From Amphiscolops sp. MND2022 (taxonomy: Eukaryota): a DNA stretch of 64,000 nt. Both the position numbers and the translations under genes were made by a program. The notes beneath the pieces were generated by a model. It made no database searches. It was not told the DNA's origin and saw only the letters and a list, made by a program, of their open reading frames with translations. Position 1 is the stretch's first letter. Every line of letters starts with the position of its first letter. Below are positions 10,539 to 25,500 of the stretch, one piece after another. The stretch is from positions 76,200,001 through 76,264,000 of the forward strand of contig OZ076409.1 in assembly GCA_964187785.1 (NCBI GenBank), given 5' to 3'.

Positions 10539-13500
10539 GTGCGGGGGGGTAACCCCAACAAAAATTTTGGAGGATTCGGGTAGGGTCCTGAATCCGATCT
10601 TAGTACCGTCAGCTATCAGTAGAAAATTTCCCTCAAAAACCGGGATCTCGGGAACTAACCGTAGGATTTGAAAGTTGGAGCGGCCCCCACCAGATTTTCC
10701 CGAATAGATCGCCCCCCACCGGGCTCCATACCCCGGAAAATTTTTTTTTGGCCACACGGGCGACAGTTAGGGGGTCATTTTAGGGGTAAAATTCATATTG
10801 GTCCATATAACTTTTTTCCTGTTGGTTTAAAAGTTTGGGAACCCTTCTAAAGGTTTTTCGACCATGTTGCAAGGGCTCCGGAGGTGCAAACCAAATTTTT
10901 CTATCTTGAAGCTATCTCCAAGTACCCCCCCGCTCAAACCGTTATTTTTCCGGAAACGCAGGTTTTTGACCCGGAAGGAGTCGTCTGAGCGCGGGGTCGT
11001 TAGGTGATGTTTTGGGGACGGCCTTGAGACAAAGTGGGGGACATGTAGTTTGACAACCTCAGTTTACCCCCCGGACGGGAAATGACCGTTATATCAGCGG
11101 GAAAAATGCCCCCCTCCACGTTTTACCGCTATTTCCGGTGTGAAGGAGTGGGAGTAGCTCGTCGGGTGCCATATATCAAAAGTAGGTTCAGACAAGGACC
11201 TATCGGAAACATGTGGTTTGGGACCCCCTGACCCAACCCGTTAGCGGGAAATGGGGCTTCCGCCTCCTTTTTTTACGGTTAAAAACGGAAAATGGGCATT
11301 GAGGGGTAAATATCTCGTGAACGCGTGGAGCTACGGTGTCCTTCACTACTACAAGGTTTCATACCCATGATATGGTGCCTTCAGGGGGGCAAACAGATTT
11401 CCGCTATCTATCACCGTTACGGACTTGGCCCCCCAGCCTAACCGCTATGTGACCGGAAATGTCACTTTTTGAGCCCAAAGGGTCGGTCCCAGCCAGGGAA
11501 CGTTAGATAACTTTTTGTAGTACTCATTGAGACGAGTTGGGGGCCATAGTTTCAGTCACCCCCCGTTACCCCTTGTGACCGGAAATGACCGTTATGTGGG
11601 TAAAATTGGGATTTTTGTACTTTTTGAAGGGCAATTAGGTGCGGAAGGAGTGGTAATAGGTGCTTGGACACTATATGATGATAGGGAGGAAGTGAGGCGA
11701 GCATTCAAAAATAACCGTTATGTTGACCCCAAAGTCCCCCTGGTACCGGAAGTGACCCGTAACGGTCAAATTTTGTGTTTTTAGGGTACAAATGATTAGA
11801 ATTTTTTGGAAAAAAGTACCTGGTCGGTGTTTCAACGGCTTGCAGTAGTGAACATAGTCATGAAACCTTGTGGGGGGTAACGGTATATAGCACCGGAAGT
11901 CCAAACCGTTGGAGACAGGATAGGTATTTTGGTTTTAAATGCCTATAAGCGTACTTTTGTGGGTTGAATTTTTTCAATATCGACTAATTTGGATATTTTT
12001 TTGACATTGAAGGTTTTTTCAATAGTTTCAGGGACCTCCAATGCTTCAATCAATATAACCGTTACCTTATGATAGCCTTTCAAGTTGGCCTGGTGTCAAC
12101 TTGGAAGGGCTATCCTTCGAAAATCGTAATTCAAGTGTGTTTTTGAGTACGTTTTTATTACTTTAATATCAATTAGAGCCTAATCATTAGTTTGCCAACG
12201 ACAAAAACTATGACGTGATGATACCGTTAGTAGAAGAATAGTTAACAATTTGTTGACAAAATTGATTTTTTGCATTTTAAATGTTTCCTAAATGCCAGGA
12301 AAACAATTTATCTAATGAATGGTACTGATTGAACCCAAGTATCATTTGAAAAAAAGTTAAACATTGTTTTTTCGTTTCATTATGGAAGCTGAAACCTCAC
12401 GTTTTAGGTCACTTAACGTCAACGCCACATACTTTACATCAACGCCCACCGTCTGTGGGCATGCCGAGGCATGCCCTTCGACGACGTATACCAATTACAT
12501 ATATATCTACACCCACCCGCGGTAGCAGCTAGGTGCGGGGGGGTAACCCCAACAAAGATATTGGAGGATTCGGGTAGGGTCCTGAATCCGATCTTAGTAC
12601 CGTCAGCTATCAGTAGAAAATTTCCCTCAAAAACCGGGATCTCGGGAACTAACCGTAGGATTTGAAAGTTGGAGCGGCCCCCACCAGATTTTCCCAAATA
12701 GATCGCCCCCCACCGGGCTCCATACCCCGGAAAATTTTTTTTTGGCCACACGGGCGACTGTTAGGGGGTCATTTTAGGGGTAAAATTCATATTGGTCCAT
12801 ATAACTTTTTTTCTGTTGGTTTAAAAGTTTGGGAACCCTACTAAAGGTTTTTCGACCATGTTGCAAGGGCTCCGGAGGTGCAAACCAAATTTTTCTATCT
12901 TGAAGCTATCTCCAAGTACCCCCCCGCTCAAACCGTTATTTTTCCGGAAACGCAGGTTTTTGACCCGGAAGGAGTCGTCTGAGCGCGGGGTCGTTAGGTG
13001 ATGTTTTGGGGACGGCCTTGAGACGAAGTGGGGGACATGTAGTTTGCCAACCTCAGTTTACCCCCCGGACGGGAAATGACCGTTATATCAGCGGGAAAAA
13101 TGCCCCCCTCCACGTTTTACCGCTATTTCCGGTGTGAAGGAGTGGGAGTAGCTCGTCGGGTGCCATATATCAAAAGTAGGTTCAGACAAGGACCTATCGG
13201 AAACATGTGGTTTGGGACCCCCTGACCCAACCCGTTAGCGGGAAATGGGGCTTCCGCCTCCTTTTTTTACGGTTAAAAACGGAAAACGGGCATTGAGTGA
13301 TAAATATCTCGTGAACGCGTGGAGCTACGGTGTCCTTCACTACTACAAGGTTTCATACCCATGATATGGTGCCTTCAGGGGGGCAAACAGATTTCCGCTA
13401 TCTATCACCGTTACGGACTTGGCCCCCCAGCCTAACCGCTATGTTACCGGAAATGTCACTTTTTGAGCCCAAAGGGTCGGTCCCAGCCAGGGAACGTTAG

Positions 13501-16500
13501 ATAACTTATTGTAGTACTCATTGAGACGAGTTGGGGGACATAGTTTCAGTCACCCCCGTTACCCCTTGGGACCGGAAATGACCGTTATGTGGGTAAAATT
13601 GGGATTTTTGTACTTTTTGAAGGGCAATTAGGTGCGGAAGGAGTGGTAATAGTTGCTTGGACACTATATGATGAAAGGGAGGACGTGAGGCGAACATTCG
13701 GACATAACCGTTATGTTGACCCTAAAGTCCCCCTGGTACCGTCAACGACCGGAAATGGTCAAATTTTGTGTCTATTGGGTACAAATGTTTAATATTTTGT
13801 AAATAAAAGTATCTATTAGGTGTTTCGACGGTCTGCAGTAGTGAACATAGTCATGAAACCTTGTCGGGGGGTAACGGTATATAGCACCGGAAGTCCAAAC
13901 CGTTAGAGACGGGATAGGTTTTTTCGTTTTAAAATGTCTTTCGGCGTACTTTTGTCAACTAATATGGAATATTTTTTAAAATTAAAGTTTTTCCATATAG
14001 TTTCAGAGACTCCCAAACCTCAAACAACATAACCGTTACCTTATGATAGCCTTTCAAGTTGGCCTGGTGTCAACTTGGAAGGGCTATCCTTCAAAAATCG
14101 TTGATCAAGTGTGTTTTTGGGTATGTTTGAATCATTTTAGAATCAATTAGAGCTTCAAGAAAAATTTGCCAACGACAAAAACTATTTCGTGATGATTCCG
14201 TTATTAGAGTAATAGTTAACAAAATGTTGATAAAGTTGATTTTGTACATTTCAAATGTGTCCTTTATGCCAGAAAACCTTTTTACCAAACTAATGATATT
14301 GATTGAATTGTATATAACAGGTAATAAAAGTTCAAATTGAATATTACGTTTCATTTTGTAAGCTGAAACGTGATATTATAGTTTAATTAACGTCAACGCC
14401 ACATACTTTACATCAACGCCCACCGTCTGTGGGCATGCCGAGGCATGCCCTTCGACGACGTATACCAAACACCCTCCATATCTACACCCTAACCGCGGTA
14501 GCAGCTAGGTGCGGGGGGGAAACCCCAACAAAATTTTTGGAGGATTCGGGTAGGGTCCTGAATCCGAGTTCAGTGCTGCCAGCTTTCGTTAAGAAAATTT
14601 GGATAGGATTCGGGATCTCGTGATCTAACCATAGGATTTTAAAGTTGGAGCGGCCCCCACCAGATTTTCCGAAAATTAGCGCCCCCCACCGGGTTCCATA
14701 CCCCGGAAAATTTTTTTCTGGCCACACGGGCGACCGTTAGGGGGTCATTTTAGGGGTAAAATTCATATTGGGCCACATAACTTTTTTTCTGTTGATTTAA
14801 AACTTTGGGACCCTGCTAAAAGTTTCTTGACCGTGTTGCAGGGGCCCCGGAGGTCCAAACCAAATTTTTCTATCTTGAAGCTATCTCCAAGTACCCCCCC
14901 CGCCCAAAACGTTATTTTTCCGGAAACGCAGGTTTTTGACCCGGAAGGAGTCGTCTGAGCGCGGGGTCGTTAGGTGATGTTTTGGGGACGGCCTTGAGAC
15001 GAAGTGGGGGACATGTAGTTTGCCAACCTCAGTTTACCCCCCGCACGGGAAATGACCGTTATATGAGCGGGAAAAATGCCCCCTCCACGTTTTACCGCTA
15101 TTTCCGGTGTGAAGGAGTGGGAAAAGCGCGTCGGGTGTTATATAACAAAAGTAGGTTTAGACAAGGACCTATCGGAAACATGTAGTTTGGGACCCCCTGG
15201 ACCAACCCGTTAGCGGGAAATGGGGCTTCCGCCTCCTTTTTTTACTGCTAAAACCGTAAAATGGGCATTGAGGGGTAAATATCTCGTGAACGCGTGGAGC
15301 AATCGTGTCCATCACTACTACAAGGTTTCATACCCATGATATGGTGCCTTCAGGGGGGCAAACAGATTTCCGCTATCTATCACCGTTACCGACTTGGCCC
15401 CCCAGCCTAACCGCTATGTGACCGGAAATGTCACTTTTTGAGCCCAAAGGGTCGGTCCTAGCCGGGGAACGTTAGGTAACTTATTGTAGTACTCAATGAG
15501 ACGAGTTGGGGGATATAGTTTCAGTCACCCCCCCTTACCCCTTGGGACCGGAAATGACCGTTATGTGGGTAAATTTGCAATTTTTGAACTTTTTGAAGGG
15601 CATTTAGATGCGGAAGGAGTGGTAATAGGTGCTTGGACACTAAATGAAGGAAGGGAGGACGTGAGGCGAGCATTCGGAAATAACCGTTATGTTGACCCTA
15701 AAGTCCCCCTGGTACCGGAAGTGACCCGTAATGGTCAAATTTTGTGTTCAAAGGGTACAAATGTTTGGTATTTTGTAGATAAAAGTATCTATTAGGTGTT
15801 TCGACGGTCTGCAGTCGTGAACATAGTCATGAAACCTTGTGGGGGGTAACGGTATATAGCACCGGAAGTCCAAACCTTTGGAGACAGGATAAGTTTTTTG
15901 GTTTTAAAATGTCTTTCGGCCTACTTTTGTCGACTATTATGGTCTATTTTTGAAAAATAAAGTTTTTCCATATAGTTTCAGAGACTCCGAAACCTCAACC
16001 AACATAACCGTTACCTTATGATAGCCTTTCAAGTTGGCCTGGTGTCAACTTGGAAGGGCTATCCTTCAAAAATCATTAATCAAGTGTGTTTTTGAGTTTG
16101 TTTGTATTACTTTAGAATCAATTAGAGCTTCAAGAAAAGTTTGCCAACGACAAAAACTATGTCGTGATGATTCCGTTATTAGAATTATAGTTAACAAAAT
16201 ATTGATAAAGTTGATTTTTTACATTTTAAATGTGTCCTAAATGCCAGAAAACCTCTTTACCAAACAAATGGAATTGATTGAATTGTATATAGAAGCTAAT
16301 AAAAGTTCAAATTGAATATTACATTTCATTATGCAAGCTGAAACGTCAAATTATAGTTTAATTAACGTCAACGCCACATACTTTACATCAACGCCCACCG
16401 TCCGTAGGCATGCCGAGGCATGCCTTTCGACGACGTATACCAAATTCCACCCACACAACACCCCCGAGCGCGGTAGCAGCTAGGTGCGGGGGGGAAACCC

Positions 16501-19500
16501 CTTCCTTTATCTTGGAGGATTCGGGTAGGGTCCTGAATCCGATTTTAGTTCGCCCAGCTCTCAGTAGAAATCTGGGAAATTTTTTGCGATCTCGTGATCT
16601 AACCATAGGATTTTAAAGTTGGAGCGGCCCCCACCAGATTTTCCAAAGTTATTCGCCCCCCACCGGGTTCCAGCGTGATTGAAATATTCTGACGGGGTAC
16701 ACGGGCGACCGTTAGGGGTCATTTTAGGGGTAAAATTTATATCCGGTCGCATAACTTTTTTCCTGTTGGTTTAAAACTTTGGGACCCTGCTAAAAGTTTC
16801 TTGACCGTGTTGCAGTGGCTCCGGATGTCCAAACCAAATTTTTCTATCTTGAAGCTATCTCCAAGTACCCCCCCGCCCAAACCGTTATTTTTCCGGAAAC
16901 GCAGGTTTTTGACCCGGAAGGAGTCGTCTGAGCGCGGGGTCGTTAGGTGATGTATTGGGGACGGCCTTGAGACGAAGCGGGGGACATGTAGTTTGCCGAC
17001 CCCAGTTTACCCCCCGGACGGGAAATGACCGTTATTTGAGCGGGAAAAATGCCCCCCTCCACGTTTTACCGCTATTTCCGGTGTGAAGGAGTGGGAGTAG
17101 CGCGTCGGGTGTTATATAACAAAAGTAGGTTTAGACAAGGACCTGTCGGAAACATGTGGTTTGGGACCCCCTGGTCCAACCCGTTAGCAGGAAATGGGGC
17201 TTCCGCCTCCTTTTATTACTGCTAAAACCGTAAAATGGGCATTGAGGGGTAAATATCTCGTGAACGCGTGGAGCTACGGTGTCCATCACTACTACAAGGT
17301 TTCATACCCACGATATGGTGCCTTCAGGGGGGCAAACAGATTTCCGCTATCTATCACCGTTACCGACTTGGCCCCCCAGCCTAACCGCTATGTGACCGGA
17401 AATGTCACTTTTTGAGCCCAAAGGGTCGGTCCCATCCAGGGAACGTTAGGTAACTTATTGTAGTACTCAATGAGGCGAGTTGGGGGACATAGTTTCAGTC
17501 ACCCCCCGTTACCCCTTGGGACCGGAAATGACCGTTATGTGGGAAAAATTGCAATATATGTACTTTTTAAAGGACTTTTAGATGCGGAAGGAGTGGTAAT
17601 AGGTGCTTGGACACTATATGATGATAGGGAGGACGTGAGGCGAGCATTCGGAAATAACCGTTATGTTGACCCTAAAGTCCCCCTGGTACCGGAAGTGACC
17701 CGTAATGGTCAAATTTTGTGTTTAAAGGGTACAAATGTTTGGTATTTTATGGAATAAAGTACATGGAAGGTGTTTCAAAGGCATCCAGAAATGAACATAG
17801 TCATGAAACCTTGAGGGGGGTAACGGTATATAACACCGGAAGTTCAAGCCGTTGGACACAGTATAGGTTTTTTGGTTTTAAAATGCTTATGAACGTACAT
17901 TTGTGGGTTGAATTGTTCTAATATTGACTTTTTTCGATATTTTTTGACATTAAAGGTTTTTCCAATAGTTTCAGGGACCTCCAAAGCTTCAATCAACATA
18001 ACCTTTACATTGTGATAGCCTTTCAAGTTGGCCTGGTGTCAACTTGGAAGGGCTATCCTTCACAAATCGTATATCAAGTGTGATTTTGAGTATGTTTTTA
18101 TCACTTTAGTATCAATTAGAGCTTAATCATTAGTTTGCCAACGACAAAAACCATGTCGTGATGATTCCGTTAGTAGAAGAATAAATAACAACTTGTTGAC
18201 AAAGTTGATTTTTTGCATTTAAAATGTTTCCTAAATGCCAGGAAAACGATTTACGTTATAAATGGTACTGATTGACCCAAATAACAGTTAAATAAAGTTA
18301 AACATTATTTTTTCGTTTCATTATAGAAGCTGAAACCTCACGTTTTAACTTAATAAACGTCAACGCCACATACTTTACATCAACGCCCACCGTCTGTGGG
18401 CATGCCGAGGCATGCCCTTCGACGACGTATACCAAAATCCAATATATCTACACCCACCCGCGGTAGCAGCTAGGTGCGGGGGGGGAAACCCCATCCCTTA
18501 TCTTGGAGGATTCGGGTAGGGTCCTGAATCCGAGTTCAGTGCCGCCAGCTCTCAGTAGAAATCTGGGAATTTTTTTGCGATCTCGTGATCTAACCATAGG
18601 ATTTTAAAGTTGGAGCGGCCCCCACCAGATTTTCCAAAGTTATTCGCCCCCCACCGGGTTCCAGCGTGATTGAAATATTTTGACGGGGTACACGGGCGAC
18701 CGTTAGGGGTCATTTTGGGGGTAAAATTTATAAAAGTTCGCATAACTTTTTTCCTGTTGGTTTAAAACTTTAGGACCCTGCTAAAAGTTTCTTGACCATG
18801 TTGCAGGGGCCCCGGAGGTCCAAACCAAATTTTTCTATCTTGAAGCTATCTCCAAGTACCCCCTCGCCCAAACCGTTATTTTTCCGGAAACGCCGGTTTT
18901 TGACCCGGAAGGAGTCGTCTGAGCGTGGGGTCGTTAGGTGATGTATTGGGGACGGCCTTTAGACGAAGCGGGGGATATATAGTTTGCCGACCCCAGTTTA
19001 CCCCCCGCACGGGAAATGACCGTTATATGAGCGGGAAAAATGCCCCCCTCCACGTTTTACCGCTATTTCCGGTGTGGAGGAGTGGGAGTAGCGCGTCGGG
19101 TGTTATATAACAAAAGTAGGTTTAGACAAGGACCTATCGGAAACATGTAGTTTGGGACCCCCTGGTCCAACCCGTTAGCGGGAAATGGGGCTTCCGCCTC
19201 CTTTTTTTACTGCTAAAACCGTAAAATGGGCATTGAGGGGTAAATATCTCGTGAACGCGTGGAGCAATCGTGTCCATCACTACTACAAGGTTTCATACCC
19301 ATGATATGGTGCCTTCAGGGGGGCAAACAGATTTCCGCTATCTATCACCGTTACCGACTTGGCCCCCCAGCCTAACCGCTATGTGACCGGAAATGTCACT
19401 TTTTGAGCCCAAAGGGTCGGTCCCAGCCGGGGAACGTTAGGTAACTTATTGTAGTACTCAATGAGACGAGTTGGGGGATATAGTTTCAGTCACCCCCCGT

Positions 19501-22500
19501 TACCCCTTGGGACCGGAAATGACCGTTATGTGGGTAAAATTGCCATTTTTGTCCTATTTGGAGGGCATTTAGATGCGGAAGGAGTGGTAATAGGTGCTTG
19601 GACACTATATGATGTAAAAGAGGACGTGATGCGAGCATTCGAAATCAACCGTTATGTTGACCCCTAAGTCCCCCTGGTACCGTAAATGACCGGAAATGGT
19701 CTAATTTTGTGTTTATTGGGTACAAATGTTTGGTATTTTATGAATTAAAGTACATGGAAGGTGTTTCAAAGGCCTCCAGAAGTGAACATCGTCATGAAAC
19801 CTTGTGGGGGGTAACGGTATATAACACCGGAAGTCCAAACCGTTGGTCACAGAATAGGTTTTTTGGTTTCAAAATGTCTTTAGGCGTAGTTTTATGGGTT
19901 GAATCGTCATAATATCAACTATTACGGACATTTTTCGGAAAAAACTTTTTTCACATTAGTTTCAGAGACCTCCAATGCTTCAGTCAACATAACCGTTACA
20001 TTTTGATAGCCTTTCAAGTTGGCCTGGCGTCAACTTGGAAGGGCTATCCTTCTAAAATCGTTAATCAAGAGTGTTTTTGGGTAGGTATATGTTGCATTAG
20101 TACCAATTAGAGCTTCATCAACAGTTTGCCAACGGCAAAAACGATGTCGTGATAATTCCGTTATAAGAACATTAATTAAAAAATTGTTTACAAAGTTGAT
20201 TTTTTTCATTTAAAATGTGTCCTAATGCCACCAAATTGAATAAAATAATTAATGGTATTGACTAAAACTAAATAACATTGAAAAAGAAGATCAACATTTT
20301 TATTAGGTCTCATTATGGAAGCTGAAACCTCACGTTTTAGTTTAATTAACGTCAACGCCACATACTTTACATCAACGCCCACCGTCTGTGGGCATGCCGA
20401 GGCATGCCCTTCGACGACGTATACCAAACAACCTCCATATCTACACCCGATTGCGGTAGCAGCTAGGTGCGGGGGGGTAACCCCTACAAAGATATTGGAG
20501 GATTCGGGTAGGGTCCTGAATCCGATCTTAGTACCGCCAGCTATCAGTAGAAAATTTCCCTCAAAAACCGGGATCTCGGGAACTAACCGTAGGATTTGAA
20601 AGTTGGAGCGGCCCCCACCAGATTTTCCCGAATAGATCGCCCCCCACCGGGCTCCATACCCCGGAAAATTTTTTTTTGGCCACACGGGCGACAGTTAGGG
20701 GGTCATTTTAGGGGTAAAATTCATATTTGTCCATATAACTTTTTTCCTGTTGGTTTAAAAGTTTGGGAACCCTGCTAAAGGTTTTTCGACCATGTTGCAA
20801 GGGCTCCGGAGGTGCAAACCAAATTTTTCTATCTTGAAGCTATCTCCAAGTACCCCCCCGCTCAAACCGTTATTTTTCCGGAAACGCAGGTTTTTGACCC
20901 GGAAGGAGTCGTCTGAGCGCGGGGTCGTTAGGTGATGTTTTGGGGACGGCCTTGAGACAAAGTGGGGGACAAGTAGTTTACCAACCTCAATTTACCCCCC
21001 GGACGGGAAATGACCGTTATATGAGCGTGAAAAATACCCCCCTCCACGTTTTACCGCTATTTCCGGTGTGAAGGTGTGGGAGTAGCGCGTCGGGTGCCAT
21101 ATATCAAAAGTAGGTTTAGACAAGGATCTATCAAAAACATGTAGTTTGGGACCCCCTGACCCAACCCGTTAGCGGGAAATGGGGCTTCCGCCTCCTTTTT
21201 TTACGGTTAAAAACGGAAAATGGGCATTGAGGGGTAAATATCTCGTGAACGCGTGGAGCTACGGTGTCCTTCACTACTACAAGGTTTCATACCCATGATA
21301 TGGTGCCTTCAGGGGGGCAAACAGATTTCCGCTATCTATCACCGTTACGGACTTGGCCCCCCAGCCTAACCGCTAAGTGACCGGAAATGTCACTTTTTGA
21401 GCCCAAAGGGTCGGTCCCAGCCAGGGAACGTTAGATAACTTTTTGTAGTACTCATTGAGACGAGTTGGGGGACACAGTTTCAGTCACCCCCCGTTACCCC
21501 TTGTGACCGGAAATGACCGTTATGTGGGTAAAATTGGGATTTTTGTACTTTTTGAAGGGCAATTAGGTGCGGAAGGAGTGGTAATAGGTGCTTGGACACT
21601 ATATGATGGAATGGAGGACGTGAGGCGAACATTCAGACATAACCGTTATGTTGACCCTAAAGTCCCCCTGGTACCGTAAACGACCGGAAATGGTCAAATT
21701 TTGTGTCTATTGGGTACAAATGTTTGGTATTTTGTAAATAAAAGTATCTATTAGGTGTTTCGACGGTCTGCAGTAGTGAACATAGTCATGAAACCTTGTG
21801 GGGGGTAACGGTATATAGCACCGGAAGCCCAAAACGTTAGAGACGGGATAGGTTTTTCCGTTTTAAAATGTCTTTCGGCGTACTTTTGTCAACTAATATG
21901 GAATATTTTTTAAAATTAAAGTTTTTCCATATAGTTTCAGAGACTCCCAAACCTCAAACAACATAACCGTTACCTTATGATAGCCTTTCAAGTTGGCCTG
22001 GTGTCAACTTGGAAGGGCTATCCTTCAAAAATCGTTGATCAAGTGTGTTTTTGGGTATGTTTGAATCATTTTAGAATCAATTAGAGCTTCAAGAAATGTT
22101 TGCCAACGACAAAAACTATGTCGTGATGATTCCGTTATTAGAGTAATAGTTAACAAAATATTGATTTAGTTGATTTTTTACATTTCAAAAGTGTCCTAAA
22201 AGCCAGAAAACCTCTTTACCAAACAAATGGTATTGATTGGATTGTATATAACAGGTAATAAAAGTTCAAATTGATTATTACGTTTTATTATGTAAGCTGA
22301 AACGTCATATTATAGTTTAATTAACGTCAACGCCACATACTTTACACCAACGCCCACCGTCTGTGGGCATGCCGAGGCATGCCCTTCGACGACGTATACC
22401 AAATACATTTCATATCTACACCCACCCGCGGTAGCAGCTAGGTGCGGGGGGGTAACCCCAACAAATATATTGGAGGATTCGGGTAGGGTCCTGAATCCGA

Positions 22501-25500
22501 TTTTAACTCTAATAGCTATCGATAGGAAATCTTGCAAAAATTTCGGGATCTCGTGATCTAACCATAGGATTTTAAAGTTGGAGCGGCCCCCACCAGATTT
22601 TCCGAAAATTAGCGCCCCCCACCGGGTTCCATACCCCGGAAAATTTTTTTCTGGCCACACGGGCGACCGTTAGGGGGTCATTTTAGGGGTAAAATTCATA
22701 TTGGGCCACATAACTTTTTTTCTGTTGATTTAAAACTTTGGGACCCTGCTAAAAGTTTCTTGACCGTGTTGCAGGGGCCCCGGAGGTCCAAACCAAATTT
22801 TTCTATCTTGAAGCTATCTCCAAGTACCCCCCCGCTCAAACCGTTATTTTCCCGGAAACGCAGGTTTTTGACCCGGAAGGAGTCGTCTGAGCGCGGGGTC
22901 GTTAGGTAATGTTTTGGGGACGGCCTTGAGACGAAGTGGGGGACATGTAGTTTGCCAACCTCAGTTTACCCCCCGGACGGGAAATGACCGTTATATGACC
23001 GGGAAAAATGCCCCCCTCCACGTTTTACCGCTATTTCCGGTGTGAAGGAGTGGGAGTAGCGCGTCGGTTCCCATATATCAAAAGTAGGTTTAAACAAGGA
23101 CCTATCGGAAACATGTGGTTTGGGACCCCCTGGACCAACCCGTAAGCAGGAAATGGGGCTTCCGGCCCGTTTTTTTACGGTTAAAAACGGAAAATGGGCA
23201 TTGAGGGGTAAATATCTCGTGAACGCGTGGAGCTACGGTGTCCTTCACTACTACAAGGTTTCATACCCATGATATGGTGCCTTCAGGGGGGCAAACAGAT
23301 TTCCGCTATCTATCACCGTTACCGACTTGGCCCCCCAGCCTAACCGCTATTTGACCGGAAATGTCAGTTTTTGAGCCCTAAGGGTCGGTCCGAGCGTGGC
23401 ATCGTTAGGTAACTTATTGTAGTACTCAATGAGACTAGTTGGGGGATATAGTTTCAGTCACGCCCCGTTACCCCTTGGGACCGGAAATGACCGTTATGTG
23501 GGTAAAATTGCAATTTTTGTACTTTTTGAAGGGCAATTAGGTGCGGAAGGAGTGGTAATAGGTGCTTGGACACTATTTGAGGTAAGGGAGGACGTGAGGC
23601 GAGCATTCAGAAATAACCGTTATGTTGACCCCAAAGTCCCCCTGGTACCGTAAACGACCGGAAATGGTCAAATTTTGTGTCTATTGAGTACAAATGTTTG
23701 GTGTTTTATGAATAAAAGTACCTATTAGGTGTTTCGACGGTCTGCAGTAGTGAACATAGTCATGAAACCTTACGGGGGGTAACGGTATATAGCACCGGAA
23801 GTCCAAACCGTTGGAGACAGGATAGGTTTTTTGGTTTTAAAATGTCTTTCGGCGTACTTTTGTTGACTATTATGGACTATTTTTAAAAATTAAAGTTTTT
23901 CCATATAGTTTCAGAGACACCGAAACCTCAACCAACATAACCGTTACCTTATGATAGCCTTTCAAGTTGGCCTGGTGTCAACTTGGAGGGGCTATCCTTC
24001 AAAAATCGTTAATCAAGTGTGTTTTTGGGTATGTTTGTATCAATTTAGAATCAATTAGAGCTTCAAGAAAAGTTTGCCAACGACAAAAACTATGTCGTGA
24101 TGATTCCGTTATTAGAATAGTAGTTAACAAACTGTTGATAAAATTGATTTATTACATTTCAAATGTGTCCTAAAAGCCAGAAAACCTCTTTACCAAACAA
24201 ATGGTATTGATTGAATAGTATATAACAGGTAATAAAAGTTCAAATTGGTTATTACGTTTCATTATTGAAGCTAAAACTTCATAACAAAGTTTAGTTAACG
24301 TCCACGCCACATACTTTACATCAACGCCCACCGTCTGTGGGCATGCCGAGGCATGCCCTTCGACGACGTATACCAAATACATACCTAACGACGCCCGTAC
24401 ATCCCGGGCTAGGTGCGGGGGGGAAACCCCAACAAAATTTTTGGAGGATTCGGGTAGGGTCCTGAATCCGAGTTCAGTGCTGCCAGCTTTCGTTAAGAAA
24501 ATTTGGATAGGATTCGGGATCTCGTGATCTAACCATAGGATTTTAAAGTTGGAGCGGCCCCCACCAGATTTTCCGAAAATTAGCGCCCCCCACCGGGTTC
24601 CATACCCCGGAAAATTTTTTTCTGGCCACACGGGCGACCGTTAGGGGGTCATTTTAGGGGTAAAATTCATATTGGGCCACATAACTTTTTTTCTGTTGAT
24701 TTAAAACTTTGGGACCCTGCTAAAAGTTTCTTGACCGTGTTGCAAGGGCTCCGGAGGTCCAAACCAAATTTTTCTAGCTTGAAGCTATCTCCAAGTACCC
24801 CCCCGCCCAAAACGTTATTTTTCCGGAAACGCAGGTTTTTGACCCGGAAGGAGTCGTCTGAGCGCGGGGTCGTTAGGTGATGTTTTGGGGACGGCCTTGA
24901 GATGAAGTGGGGGACATGTAGTTTGCCAACCTCAGTTTACCCCCCGGACGGGAAATGACCGTTATATGAGCGGCAAAAATGTCCCCCTCCACGTTTTACC
25001 GCTATTTCCGGTGTGAAGGAGTGGGAGTAGCGCGTCGGGTGCCATATATCAAAAGTAGGTTCAGACAAGGACCTATCGGAAACATGTGGTTTGGGACCCC
25101 CTGGCCCAACCCGTTAGCGGGAAATGGGGCTTCCGCCTCCTTTTTTTACTGCTAAAACCGTAAAATGGGCATTGAGGGGTAAATATCTCGTGAACGCGTG
25201 GAGCAATCGTGTCCATCACTACTACAAGGTTTCATACCCATGATATGGTGCCTTCAGGGGGGCAAACCGATTTCCGCTATCTATCACCGTTACCGACTTG
25301 GCCCCCCAGCCTAACCGCTATGTGACCGGAAATGTCACTTTTTGAGCCCAAAGGGTCGGTCCCAGCCGGGGAACGTTACGTAACTTATTGTAGTACTCAA
25401 TGAGACGAGTTGGGGGATATAGTTTCAGTCACCCCCCGTTTCCGCTTGGGACCGGAAATGACCGTTATGTGGGTAAAATTGCAATTTTTATACTTTTTCA